64,000 nt of DNA from an uncultured delta proteobacterium (GTDB taxonomy: Bacteria; Desulfobacterota; Binatia; JACPRU01): the NCBI GenBank assembly GCA_963745025.1, contig CAVUWD010000016.1, forward strand, positions 832,001-896,000, in the 5' to 3' direction. The notes under the pieces are model-generated. The model did not search any database, was not told where the DNA came from, and saw only the letters and a list, made by a program, of their open reading frames with translations. Made by a program: the position numbers and the translations under genes. Below are positions 8,060 through 18,017 of this stretch, one piece after another; position 1 is the stretch's first letter; every line of letters starts with the position of its first letter.

Positions 8060-10366
8060 TCAGATGTCGATCGGAGGAGGCGCGAAAGCCCGCACGAGCG
8101 GCAGTGCGCCGTCGAAGCGCTCGAGTTGCACCAGCGCGTGCTGACCGGAGCAGCCCTGCGACAGGCGGGAGGCGCCGCGGTCACGTGTCAGAACGTTTGG
8201 GTTGCCGTGCACGCACATGGCGATCTCGGCGCTGCTGTCGTCGGGATCGAACCAGGCGCCGGTCGAGAGCTGTACCACGCCGGGACGCACGTCGGTCGAG
8301 ACCACCGCTCCCGCCAGGCAGCTGCCGCGGTCGTTGAAGAGCCGCACGACGTCACCATCGACGATGTGGCGCGCCTCGGCATCGGTCGGATGCAGGCGCA
8401 CCGGTTCCCGCCCGCGCACCTTGGCCGCCTGGCTGTAGGGCCCGAGGTCGAGCTGGCCGTGCAGGCGCGTTGCCGGGTTATTGGCCACCAGGGCCAGCGG
8501 GAAGCGCGCCGCTCGCGGCGAGCCGAGCCATTCATCGCTCTCCATCCAGGTCGGATGTCCGGGGCAGTCGTCGTAGGCGAAGCTGGCGACGCGTTCGGAG
8601 AAGAGCTCGATCTTGCCACTGGGCGTGCGCAGCGGATGGGCCTCGGGATCGGCGCGAAAGGTGTCGAAGAGCACGCGCTCGGCTTCGAGATCGGGCATCT
8701 CGAGCGACCCGGCGGCCCAGAAGTCCTCGAAGGAGGGCGCCTCGATGCCGGCTTTGCGGAGCGCGCCTTGGAGCTCGGTGTAGAGGTGTTGCAACCAGGC
8801 CCGCTCGTCGCGGCCCTCGGTGAAGGCGTCCGCCACGCCGAGTCGCTCGGCCAATCCCTCGAGGATGTCGTGATCGCTCAACGCTCCGCCGACGCGAGGG
8901 ACGGACTGATGCATGGCGATGATGCGGGCATCGGCGCGACCCGAGCCGATGTCGTTGCGCTCGAAGGTAGTGGTGGCGGGGAAGACCAGATCGGCATGGC
9001 GGGCCATCGGCGTCCAGTACGGCTCGTGCACGATGATGGTCTCGGGCCGCGCCAGAGCGCGGCGCAGGCGGTTGAGATCCTGGTGGTGATGAAACGGGTT
9101 GCCGCCGGCCCAGTACACCAACCGGATGTCGGGATAGGTGTGGGGCGCGCCGTCGTAGTCGAAGGACTCGCCCGGCTGGAGCAGGAGGTCGGCGATGCGC
9201 GCCACGGGGATGAACGAGCGCACCGGGTTCTTCCCTGCGGGAACCGACGGCAGCGCCACCGACGGACTCGCGCTGCCGAGGTCGCCCATCGAGCCGTAGC
9301 CGTGCCCGAAGCCGCCGCCGGGCAGACCGATCTGACCCAGGAGCGCCGCCAGAGCGATGGCGGCCCACACCGGCTGCTCGCCGTGCTCGGCCCGTTGGAG
9401 CGAGTACGACACCGTGATCAGGGTGCGAGACGCCGCCATCCGCCGCGCCAGGGCTCGCAGGTCGTCGGCCGCGATCCCCGAGCGTGCCTCGGCCCATTCG
9501 GGGCTCTTCGCCACGCCGTCGGGCTCGCCGAGGACGTAGGCGATGAAGTGATTCGCGCCGTGGCAGTAGCGCTCGAGGAACTGCGCATCGTGCAGACCTT
9601 CGGTGATGAGCACGTGCGCGAGCCCCAGCATCACCGCGACATCGCTCAGAGGAACGAGTGGGTACCATCGCGCCTCGGCCTCGGCGACGACGTCGTCGCG
9701 CAGTGGGCTGAAGACCGCGATCTCCATCCCGCGGCGGCGCCCGTCGGCGAGATGGTGGCGGATGCCGTGCCGCGCCATGCCGCCGGGCGCGACGAAGGTA
9801 TTCTTGATCGGGATGCCGCCGAAGGCGACGAGGAGCTCGGTGTGTCGGGCCACCATCGTCCACGACGTGGCCTGGCGGAACACCACCCCGGCACTGCCGA
9901 CCACGTGCGGCAGCAACACGATCGAGGCACCGATGCTGTAGCTGTTGCGCGACGAGGTGAAGCCACCGATGAGATTGAGGAAGCGGTGCAGTTGGCGCTG
10001 GCTGTGGTGGAAAAGCCCGGCGCTGGCCCAGCCGTAGGAGCCGGCGAAGATCGCCTCGTTGCCGTGGGCGGAGATGACGCGCTCGAGCTCGCCTGCGGCG
10101 CGATCCCAGGCCTCGTCCCAGGAGAGCGTGACGAAGGAGTCGTTGCCTCGGTCGCGCGAGGAACCAGGGCCGCGTTCGAGCCAGCCGCGTCGCGCCACCG
10201 GCTGCTCGATGCGGGCGGCGTGCCGCACGCTGCCGGGCAGGTTGCGCAGCAGCGGGGATGGGTCGGGATCGTGCAGCGGATGCACGGCGGCGACCTCGCC
10301 GTCGTCGACGACGACGGTGAAACCTCCCCAGTGCGAGCTGTGCGTCAGTGTCTGTGACAAGGGCAA
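8060..10366 (-). CDS. Molybdopterin-dependent oxidoreductase, biotin/methionine sulfoxide reductase (BisC/TorA/DMSOR family), no export signal
   Basis: SSHWG, IFAGSYGWASAG, SYSIGA, LQRAEHGEQP, YWAGGNPFHHHQD, RLHGQLD and STGAWFDP motifs; 768 aa. Confidence 0.92.
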   Translation of the reverse strand: MPLSQTLTHSSHWGGFTVVVDDGEVAAVHPLHDPDPSPLLRNLPGSVRHAARIEQPVARRGWLERGPGSSRDRGNDSFVTLSWDEAWDRAAGELERVISAHGNEAIFAGSYGWASAGLFHHSQRQLHRFLNLIGGFTSSRNSYSIGASIVLLPHVVGSAGVVFRQATSWTMVARHTELLVAFGGIPIKNTFVAPGGMARHGIRHHLADGRRRGMEIAVFSPLRDDVVAEAEARWYPLVPLSDVAVMLGLAHVLITEGLHDAQFLERYCHGANHFIAYVLGEPDGVAKSPEWAEARSGIAADDLRALARRMAASRTLITVSYSLQRAEHGEQPVWAAIALAALLGQIGLPGGGFGHGYGSMGDLGSASPSVALPSVPAGKNPVRSFIPVARIADLLLQPGESFDYDGAPHTYPDIRLVYWAGGNPFHHHQDLNRLRRALARPETIIVHEPYWTPMARHADLVFPATTTFERNDIGSGRADARIIAMHQSVPRVGGALSDHDILEGLAERLGVADAFTEGRDERAWLQHLYTELQGALRKAGIEAPSFEDFWAAGSLEMPDLEAERVLFDTFRADPEAHPLRTPSGKIELFSERVASFAYDDCPGHPTWMESDEWLGSPRAARFPLALVANNPATRLHGQLDLGPYSQAAKVRGREPVRLHPTDAEARHIVDGDVVRLFNDRGSCLAGAVVSTDVRPGVVQLSTGAWFDPDDSSAEIAMCVHGNPNVLTRDRGASRLSQGCSGQHALVQLERFDGALPLVRAFAPPPIDI

Positions 10367-10566
10367 GGTCCTCTCGCCGACTTCATACGGCAGAACCCGA
10401 TGACAGTCACGCTTGGACAGGAGCGAAATCAGCTATGCGGGGCTCGCTCGCTTGCGACTCACGACTCTTCGATCTCGATCGCTTCTTCGGGGCAGTTGGC
10501 CCGTGCCAGACGGGCCTTGGACTCGAGCCCCGCCGGCACGGTTTCGTCTGGAATGAGGCAGTGGCT

Positions 10567-10655
10567 GGGGATAGCTGGGATAAGCGGCCGACTGACGTAA
10601 AGCCTCAATATCCGACGCTGCCCAAACACGAGACGCCCCGTTTCTACGGGCCCAT
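10567..10655 (+). repeat. Dispersed hairpin-ended repeat, copy C
   Basis: GGGGATAGCTGGGATAAGCGGCCGACTGACGTAAAGCCTCAATATCCGACGCTGCCCAAACACGAGACGCCCCGTTTCTACGGGCCCAT. Confidence 0.9.
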
Positions 10656-10700
10656 TTCGGGCCCACGAAAAGCCAAGGGGCCGCATCCTGAGGATGCAAC

Positions 10701-10743
10701 CCCCCGGGGCCGGACTCGAACCAGCGACCATCCGGTTAACAGC
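10701..10743 (-). other. tRNA-Asn(GTT) 3'-half remnant, probable att site of a genomic island
   Basis: Minus strand GCTGTTAACCGGATGGTCGCTGGTTCGAGTCCGGCCCCGGGGG has the anticodon loop, T-arm and acceptor 3' strand but no D-arm. An arm-like direct repeat ACGGACA x2 lies at ~10862-10879. Confidence 0.8.
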
Positions 10744-10900
10744 GGCTTCCCGGTCGAGACTCGCCCCAACTAGCTCCGACTCACTTCAAGAAACATGGTC
10801 GCTTTCCGTTGCTTTCACGCGAGAGCTAGGGCCGCGTTTTGGAGTGAGTCGGGAAGAGTTCACGGACAGAAGACGGACACGTCCCCTCTCCTCACTCGTG

Positions 10901-11407
10901 TCAGGTGCTAGGTCGAGCGGGCTGCTTCTCCAGCACGACCACCGGAATCTCGCGCCTAGTCTTCTTCTGGTAGTCCCGATAGGGAGGAGCCATCTGCGCC
11001 ATCTGGTCCCAGAGTTGCTCACGCTCTTTGCCCGTCGCCACACGGGCGCGGACGGTGAAGTGCTCCCTCGCGACTTGTACCTCGGCCGTTGGGTTGGCAA
11101 GCAGGTTCAGATACCAACTCGATTGCGTATCGGCCCCGCCCTTGGACCCGATGATGACGTAGGCATCACCCGCCGTGCCATAAAACAGCGGCGACGTGCG
11201 CTTCTCGCCGGAGCGCCGCCCGATCGTCGTGAGCAACAGGCAGGGCACGAGGCCGGGGACGCCGGCGATCGTCGCATCAAACATATGCCCTTCGGCTCCT
11301 CCACTTTCGCGATAAACCCGCAGGTGCTCAGCAACCCAGTCCGGCGGTCCCTTGCCTGCCTTTAGGTCGCGATTCCCTTGATCGACGTCGAATTTACTCA
11401 TCATCAC
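10901..11407 (-). CDS. Deazaflavin (F420)-dependent nitroreductase family protein (Ddn-like)
   Basis: LLLTTIGRRSGEKRTSPL, IGSKGGA, WYLNLLANP and YRDYQKKTRREIPVVVL. Confidence 0.92.
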   Translation of the reverse strand: MMMSKFDVDQGNRDLKAGKGPPDWVAEHLRVYRESGGAEGHMFDATIAGVPGLVPCLLLTTIGRRSGEKRTSPLFYGTAGDAYVIIGSKGGADTQSSWYLNLLANPTAEVQVAREHFTVRARVATGKEREQLWDQMAQMAPPYRDYQKKTRREIPVVVLEKQPARPST

Positions 11408-11787
11408 TTCTTCCTCAATATCGCTCTGTGGTCTCGCTACTCGAGCGAGGTGTTACACCCTGGGTTTCGGTGGGCGCAACCGTTGTTTCTTAGCGGCCGA
11501 ATCCGACTTCTTCCTTCCCCGGTTTGCAACCGGAAGTGCCAGGTACCTAGGTCAGGCTTGGTGAGGCTTGGTGGGGTTCGGCTGGCCATCGTGGGCGATC
11601 GACCTTTTCCGCCGAGCCGCGGAAGCGCGCCGGCTGCCCAGCCTCGCCGGAGCCCTATAGCGCGCGCTTTGCTTGCCCCGTTTCGCGAGCAGAGATCTAC
11701 AACTGAGCGCAATCGGCGGGACGCAGGACCCGTGGAATCCACCACGATTCGTTGTAGTTCGTTGCAAGTCGCTGGCGATGGACGGCT

Positions 11788-11816
11788 CTTAAAATCCCCT
11801 CGGGGGGTAACTCCGT
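11788..11816 (+). other. tRNA-Leu(TAA)-like remnant (anticodon loop + variable arm), probable att site, cut by repeat copy E
   Basis: CTTAAAATCCCCTCGGGGGGTAACTCCGT resembles a Leu-TAA anticodon loop, stem and long variable arm; the T-arm is absent. Confidence 0.55.
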
Positions 11817-11915
11817 AGACAGGGGCGTCTCTAAAAACCGGAGTCTCGAAGGACGGGGGTAGCGTCTGATATCGCCGCGTTACGTCAACCAGGCCGCTTA
11901 TCCCGGCTATCCTCA
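11813..11915 (-). repeat. Dispersed repeat, divergent copy E
   Basis: CCGTAGACAGGGGCGTCTC..GGGTAGCGTCTGATAT..TTACGTCAACCAGGCCGCTTATCCCGGCTATCCTCA aligns to the reverse complement of copy C. Confidence 0.7.
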
Positions 11916-11919
11916 ACTG

Positions 11920-12340
11920 CCCTATCGTTGTCTGTCCAGAGTCGATCTTCGCGAGCTCCAAAGCATCCGCCTCGCTCGAGTGGATGTAGCGACCGTAGTG
12001 CTTCTTGAGCGTGCTCTCGGCGACGCCCGTTTGCTCTGAAACCCATGTCAGGTTCACACCCCTCGTCAGCGCCACGCTCACGTACGTGTCCTTCGTCGCG
12101 TAGAGGTCGCGAAGACGAAGCCCGAGCAAGCGCTGCGCGTCACAGAAGAACCGGTAAAAGTTGGCCTGGTTGATCGGCCCGCCGAGAGTATTTTTGAAGA
12201 GATACTCGTCGGCACTCGGGTGCAGCTGGACGAGCGGCTTCAGGATCTCGACATTGCGGGGGATCAGCCTTACCGTCCTCGCCGCCGATGGCGTCTTTGG
12301 CGCGTTCTCTTCGCCGAGCGAGCGCGATGTTTCGACCCTT
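11920..12340 (-). pseudogene. Tyrosine recombinase/phage integrase C-terminal fragment
   Basis: PKTPSAARTV, YLFKNTLGGPI, RDLYATKDTYVS (variant box II) and WVSEQTGVAESTLKKHYGRYI (catalytic Tyr). Confidence 0.8.
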
Positions 12341-12382
12341 AAGGAGCGGGCAACGGGTCCCGCCCGTTGTGAGAACCGGACC

Positions 12383-12859
12383 CTACGGGCTCGTGGGATC
12401 TCCGCGTGCTACCGCATCTTCGCCTGCTACCGCTGCCGCGCCGTCAGCGACGAAGGGCGACGTGAAGATTCCGGCAAAGTAGTTGTCGACCTCGGTCCCG
12501 CTGGAGAGGGCGTAATACACCGGATCCGCACGAACGCGTGTGAACTTCTTCCTGGCAAAACCGGTCTCGTCGGTCGTGATCGTACCGAGGTTGCTGGAGG
12601 GGCCCGCTTGACGGCAGCTCCCCGTCGAGATGACCTCGAAGACCTGCCACGTGCTGCTCGGCCTTCCGTGCGTGATCTTCACAATCACCTTTGTCGTACC
12701 CTTCTGGATCACCTTGCCCACCCTTGCGCCGGTGCAGGTGAGAGACCCCGTGTCGTCCACCAAAGGCTTTATCTCCCTCGCATCCGACGCCGGCACCCAG
12801 CTGAGAAGAGCCAGGCCGACAGCCGTGACTACCACGGCACTGGACCATTTGTTGCGCAT
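12383..12859 (-). CDS. Hypothetical secreted protein
   Basis: RBS GAGGAGGG, then signal peptide MRNKWSSAVVVTAVGLALLSWVPASDA. Confidence 0.6.
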   Translation of the reverse strand: MRNKWSSAVVVTAVGLALLSWVPASDAREIKPLVDDTGSLTCTGARVGKVIQKGTTKVIVKITHGRPSSTWQVFEVISTGSCRQAGPSSNLGTITTDETGFARKKFTRVRADPVYYALSSGTEVDNYFAGIFTSPFVADGAAAVAGEDAVARGDPTSP

Positions 12860-12964
12860 CGAATTCCCCTCCTCTTCAGAGAGTAGTTCCGGGAACCGGG
12901 TGACGTAGTCTATCATCATGTATCGAGCATACGTAGACGGCAAGTTTTTTCGCTTTGACGGCTA

Positions 12965-13190
12965 TCCTCGTCCACGCACGCCGCCGTCTTCGCTAGGACT
13001 GGCGGTAAGCGATAGGCATTGCAGGTCACCAACGTCCCTAAACGTAGCTTGGTGGTGACTGCAGACAACGCGGGCATCAGTGCCCAAACATCAAAGCAAT
13101 TCCGTCGCTCCGATTGAGCGTCCCACAACAAATGATCCGACGCCCACAGCGCGGTGAAGCCCAAACGCTCCGCTTCCTTGGCGAGGTGAC
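12965..13190 (-). pseudogene. LLM-class oxidoreductase internal fragment
   Basis: AKEAERLGFTALWASDH..ALSAVTTKLRLGTLVTCNAYRLPPVLAK. Confidence 0.85.
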
Positions 13191-13325
13191 CCCATAGCGT
13201 CGCTGCGGTAGAAAGGCGCCTCCTCGTTGACGAATGCCACGAAGCGCAGCGTACGTGCCGGATTCGCCTCCTTGAGCAGGCGTGCGAGCTCGAGCATGGC
13301 TGCGACCTCCGAGCCGTTGTCGTTC
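13190..13325 (-). pseudogene. M28 peptidase internal fragment
   Basis: DNGSEVAAMLELARLL..RTLRFVAFVNEEAPF..MGS. Confidence 0.8.
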
Positions 13326-13779
13326 GCTCCGCGACGCTTCTGACCACGGGCGTGGAGAAGAGCCAGATCGCCTCCGGCGGCCGGAGCGTCGGCATTTCGC
13401 AGTAGTACGTGTTCAACAACACCAGCCCTTCCACGCGCTCGGGGTGGGCCAGTGCTCAGTCGATGGCCGGCGGGCCCGAGGCGTCGTGCGCGACGAGGAC
13501 GACCGGCCCGAGCTTCAGTTGTGTGATGACGGCGTCGAGGTCGCCGACTTGATTGTCGGTGGTGTAAGGGTAACCGGGCGGTTTATCCGAATTGCCCCAC
13601 CCCAGAAAATCAAATGCCACGACCCGGCGCGGCGGCGAGAGGTGGGCGAGCAGACGATCGTAGAGGTGCAAGTTGTCCGGGAACCCGTGCATCACAACGA
13701 TCGTCGGCTCCGCCCCCGGGTAGTCTCGAACGTAGATCCGGTGTTGGTCCCGCCGTACAAAAGTCTCTTCGTAGACCAT
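13326..13779 (-). pseudogene. Alpha/beta hydrolase (haloalkane dehalogenase-like), N-terminal half with internal stop
   Basis: HGFPDNLHLY, FDFLGWGNSDKP and VAHDASGPPAID*ALAHPERV; truncated after TPVVRSVA. Confidence 0.85.
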
Positions 13780-13957
13780 CGTTCCCTTTGGAAGGAAAGT
13801 CACCGAACTATTGATCGAGCTGCGGGGGTCAAGCGGCGCTGCGATGGAGTCCGCATGCTCTCTGCCCCGTCCCTTGGATCCACGCTAGTGATCCAGTACA
13901 TCAATCGCCCAGCGGCTTCTCTTCGTCGTGCGAGCGTTCGCGGGCACGATGTGCGAT

Positions 13958-14340
13958 TCACAACCCGAGTTCCTTCGCCACCTGCTCGGCGCGGATCGGC
14001 GCGCCGATCTCCGTGAAGAGGCGATGCGCCTCGCGGAGCTCGCGCTGGCGGGTGGCGTCATCGCCGCTCAGCCGCGCGAGCTCGGCACGCTCGACGTGAA
14101 GGAACGGCTCGTAGCTCTTCGCGCCAGACATCTCGAGCCAGGCGTCGGCTTCGGCGAGCGCGACCTCGATCTCTCTCGTCGCCTGAAGGCCCTGGATCTC
14201 ACGGAGAGCGCGGATCCGGGTGAGCAGAGCCGAGAATTCCCAGAGTCGGGAGCCGAGCCGGCGGCCGACGGCGGTCGCTTCCGCTGCGAGAGCCAGGGCC
14301 CTTTCGCGATCGCCGAGACCGAGCTGCGCTGCCGCCATTC
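13958..14340 (-). pseudogene. Adenylate cyclase/AAA-TPR protein C-terminal fragment
   Basis: GAKSYEPFLHVERAELARLSGDDATRQRELREAHRLFTEIGAPIRAEQVAKEL; near-duplicate at 24768-24932. Confidence 0.75.
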
Positions 14341-14555
14341 GTTCGTCTCGGGCGGCGCTCACGGTCTCAGCGCGGAAGTGGCGGCGACGTTCACCCACGC
14401 GGTCGCGGCGGTGCTGGTGGCAAATGTACTCGAGGATCCCGAGCGGCAGATGGTCGAGGCGATCTGCAAGGCGCGGCGCGAAGGCCGATGTCTCCAGCCG
14501 CTCAATCCATCTATCCCCCCACAACGCCTGCCGATCGGCGTATAGTGAGGAAATC

Positions 14556-15416
14556 ATGCGCCAGGTATTGGCACTGGCTCTCATCTGCGTAGTGGTCACG
14601 GTCGCTACGGATGCGATCTCCCGCAGCAGTCTATCGCGCGCTCTATGGCCTCTGGTGGAGGCTCCGGCAGATGGCGCGGTCGTGGCCCTCCCTCTGACGA
14701 TTCGTTGGGAGGGGCCGCAGTAGCTGTACGTCACATTGATCGGTCGTGACGGCCGCGAAGATCTCGGGCTCAGGCAAAATCCGACCGAGATCGGCGTCGA
14801 GCATTTTCCGCGACCCGGTCAGTATCGGATCGAGCTGCGCTCGCCGTTCTTGGGACGATGGAGCGCCACGGAGCGGCGCTTTCTTGTGCCTTCATCTGCA
14901 ATGTCGCCTAACCTGCCGGCAACGAAGGAGGCGGTGGACAACCAGAACCAGCAAATCGAGGATCGGATTTCGGCCGCAAATCAGTCGCGGCGCCAGCAGG
15001 ACATCACAAACTCGGAGAATGCCGCCCTGTACGAAGAGAACGCCAATCTACGGGAAGAAAGCGCCAATTTGCGAGAGGAGAACCGCAACCTTGCCACGAG
15101 CCTCCAAGACTTGCGGAACCTTCAAACGCAAACAATCGCTCGGCTCGACGCGATCGAAGCGCAGCACAGCGAGCTGGAGCGCCAGTACCGCGAAGCGCTG
15201 GAGGAAAACCAGTCGCTCCGCGCCCGCATCGCAAGCATCCCCGATTGCACCACCTGGGGGTATGTGTCGTATCAGCGCGGCGTCCGGTTCGTGATGCTGG
15301 TCAGCGACAGCCGCGGTGGGGTCTTTCACGACCAGCTTCAATGCGAGGCGACCCGGCGCGTTGATCTGACCGCCGCCTCGCAGTGTATCTGTGTCGGCAG
15401 CCCATGGCAGCGCTGA
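14556..15416 (+). pseudogene. Secreted/membrane-anchored coiled-coil protein with one in-frame TAG at 14721
   Basis: RBS GAGG and hydrophobic N-terminus; the same frame continues after the TAG with heptad EENANLRE repeats and a Cys-containing C-terminus. Confidence 0.6.
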
Positions 15417-15742
15417 TGTCAGGGAACCGGGGTATTCCCGGAGGTTCTGATCCAACTGGAATTCGTGATCAGGTGTCCACGTCTGATGCGACGCTCACCA
15501 CGCTGATTATGGGAAAGCAAAAAAGGCGTCGAACGCCTCGGGCCGGAGGGGGCTCCCCATCCCGGCTCCAAACCCGGAGCCTTCCGTACGCGAGCTCACG
15601 GCCCTAGACGACGAGATAATGCCGAATCAGTCATCCCCTCACCCAGCCAAAAGAGCGTGGCGAGCAGAAAGTACGTGGCGGCCGCCAAAACGCGTGCAAC
15701 CCCAAGGAAGAGGGTCTGTTGGGAAGCAGTAGGAGGTGCGCC

Positions 15743-15907
15743 ATGACTCTCCAGGAACAGCAAAACGTCCAGTACAAGTGCCTGTTCTGTAAGGGAAAGT
15801 TCGGGAGCGCACAGGACCTGCGCGAGCACCCGTGCCAGGCGCGCCAGGGCGCGATGTCGGGACAGCGGCTGCAGAAGAAGGCGCCGCGTCGCGAGCAGAA
15901 GCACTGA
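15743..15907 (+). CDS. Small protein with a C2H2/C2HC-type zinc finger
   Basis: Strong RBS AGGAGG; YKCLFCKGKFGSAQDLREHPC fits Y-x-C-x2-C-x3-F-x5-L-x2-H. Confidence 0.6.
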   Translation: MTLQEQQNVQYKCLFCKGKFGSAQDLREHPCQARQGAMSGQRLQKKAPRREQKH

Positions 15908-16224
15908 GCCATCGGATTCAGCCGACGGAGTGGGCGAGCTCGGAGCTCAACGCATCGACCTCCCCAATGCGCTCGATCGCCACAGCGGCTCCCATGCTCG
16001 CTCCGATCACGGTGGCTCGAAAAGCGCCGAGCACCCGCACGGCGCTTTTCGCGGCCGCCAACACCGCGAAGGCTCTCGTCTGCGGTGATCGTGACGATCT
16101 CCCGTTCGACCGCAGCCAGCTGCTCCCGCGTGCAGGATCTGGTCGGCGAAGATCGGCATGAGGATTGCTCGAGGGTGCTCGGCGTGGCTATGGTCGAGCC
16201 TCCCAACGGACGGAGGAGGTCTAG

Positions 16225-16598
16225 ATGATCGGATACGTGACGCTCGGAACCAACGACCTCGCAGCGCGCGGCCAAGTTCTACGACGCGCTGCTCGCGCGA
16301 GCTCGGCGCCAAGCGCGCGATGGAGACTCGAGACCTTCATCGCCTGGGGCATCGGCGCCGAGCACGCCGATGGTCTCGGTGATCAAGCCGTTCGACGGCA
16401 AGCCCGCGACGGTCGGCAACGGCGTGATGGTCGCGCTCGCGGCGAGTCAGCAAGGCGCAGGTCGACGCGATCCACACGAAGGCGCTCGCGCTCGGCGGCA
16501 AGGACGAGGGCGCGCCCGGCCCGCGCGGCGACGGCTTCTACGCCGGCTACTTCCGCGACCTCGACGGCAACAAGCTGAACGCGTTCTTCATGGGCTAG
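16225..16598 (+). CDS. VOC/glyoxalase-family protein (several frameshifts)
   Basis: MIGYVTLGTNDL..KFYDALL..KPFDGKPATVGNGVMVAL..GGKDEGAPGPRGDGFYAGYFRDLDGNKL, spread across frames. Confidence 0.85.
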
Positions 16599-16820
16599 CG
16601 CGCCGACGAGAAGCAGCCTCTGGAGTCGCTGTTCGCTCCACCATTGTTTTGCCGGCGATCGGGGTCATTTCCAGACGGGCGCGAGGTGTTGGGGATAGCG
16701 AAAGCTCGGCGCAGGCGCGATGTCACTAAAGAGGCCAGCTCTCTTGCTGAGCACGTTCAGGCCCGAATTTCGCCTTCTTCTCCATGTAAGGAGTACTTCC
16801 AGCCATCCGGAGTGTGACTC

Positions 16821-18017
16821 ATGAACACGAAACCGTTCGTATTCAACCTGTCCGGCGTCGTCTTCCTCCTCTGCCTAGCCGCGGCCACGCGCAGCGAGCG
16901 GGCGGAGGCCGAGTCGAAGGTCATGCCTGTCAGGATCGGCGCCGTCTACAACCTCTCCGGCGCCCAGGCTTCGCTGGGACAGCCGTCGCTCAACGGGGCG
17001 ATCCTTGCCGTGGAGCAGCTCAACGCTCGCGGCGGGCTGCTCGGCCGCCGCGTCGAGCTGGTCTCCGTCGACGGCCGGACAGATCCCGCGCTGATCGCCG
17101 AAGAGACCAAGCAACTCGTCCACAGCCCCGGGATGTCGGCGATAACCGGCCTCAGCGACACGAACCTGGTCCTCGCGGCCGCGCCCGTCGCCGAGAAGGC
17201 CCGCATGGTCTTTCTCACCTCGGGGGCGACCTCGCCGCGGGTGACGCTCGAGTTTCCGAACTACTACTTCATGGCCTGCTTCGGGGACAATACGCAGGCG
17301 GCCGCTGGCGCCGAGTACGCCTACTCGGTGCTCGGCGCGAAGACGGCCTACCTGCTCTTCGACGACACGACGGACTACACGGTCCTGCTGGCCGGCTACT
17401 TCAAAGATCGCTATCTGCAGCTCGGCGGCCAGATCGTCGGCGAGGATACGTACACTGGCGGGGCGGCGGACTTCTCCGCGCAGATCGCGAAGATCAAGGC
17501 GCTCGAGACGCCGCCCGACATGCTGTACGTCTCGTCGGGCCCAGACGAGATCGGCACCCTCGTTAAACAGCTCCGCGACGCAGGGGTCGGCGAGCCTGTC
17601 TTCGGCGGCGACGGCTACGACACGCCTCTGCTTCTGAAGATCGCCGGCGAGGCGGCGAACGGTGTCTACTTCACGACCCACGCCCTCTTCGACCCGACGC
17701 AGGCGACTCCGCTAGCAAAGCAGTTCATCGATGGGTATCAGGCGCGGTTCGGCACGCCGCCCGAGAGCTCCTTTGCGGGCCTTGGCTACGACGCGCTCAA
17801 TCTGGTGGCCGCCGCGATCGACCGCGCGGGCTCGGCGAAGCAGAAGGTGATCCGCGGCGCGCTCGAGGCGACGCGGGACTTTGCGGGCGTCACCGGCACC
17901 ATCAGCTTCGCACCGGGTCTTCACATTCCCGAGAAGCAGGTGACGATCGTCCACATCACAGGCGGCGCGCTGACGCTTGCGGCGATACTAGCTCCGCAGG
18001 AGGTGCCGGCGCCCTGA
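16821..18017 (+). CDS. Branched-chain amino-acid ABC transporter substrate-binding protein (LivK family), orphan
   Basis: Signal peptide; VRIGAVYNLSG..LAVEQLNARGGLLGRRVEL, SGATSP, GGDGYD and FAGVTGTISF. Confidence 0.9.
   Translation: MNTKPFVFNLSGVVFLLCLAAATRSERAEAESKVMPVRIGAVYNLSGAQASLGQPSLNGAILAVEQLNARGGLLGRRVELVSVDGRTDPALIAEETKQLVHSPGMSAITGLSDTNLVLAAAPVAEKARMVFLTSGATSPRVTLEFPNYYFMACFGDNTQAAAGAEYAYSVLGAKTAYLLFDDTTDYTVLLAGYFKDRYLQLGGQIVGEDTYTGGAADFSAQIAKIKALETPPDMLYVSSGPDEIGTLVKQLRDAGVGEPVFGGDGYDTPLLLKIAGEAANGVYFTTHALFDPTQATPLAKQFIDGYQARFGTPPESSFAGLGYDALNLVAAAIDRAGSAKQKVIRGALEATRDFAGVTGTISFAPGLHIPEKQVTIVHITGGALTLAAILAPQEVPAP

Noticed and set aside
8036-10357. 773-aa plus-strand ORF and similar long antisense ORFs (47455-48948, 29744-31504, 33016-34698, 43625-45070)
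   Set aside because: Shadow frames opposite well-supported genes in high-GC DNA, with no motifs.
10701-10743. Functional tRNA-Asn (likewise the Leu pieces at 11788 and 28768)
   Set aside because: The 5' acceptor strand and D-arm are missing, so these are recorded as att remnants instead.
15427-15503. Possible IS3-like end or tRNA-Glu remnant (CAGGTGTCCACG, similar to 693-705)
   Set aside because: The match is short with no partner end or transposase, and the tRNA similarity is too weak.
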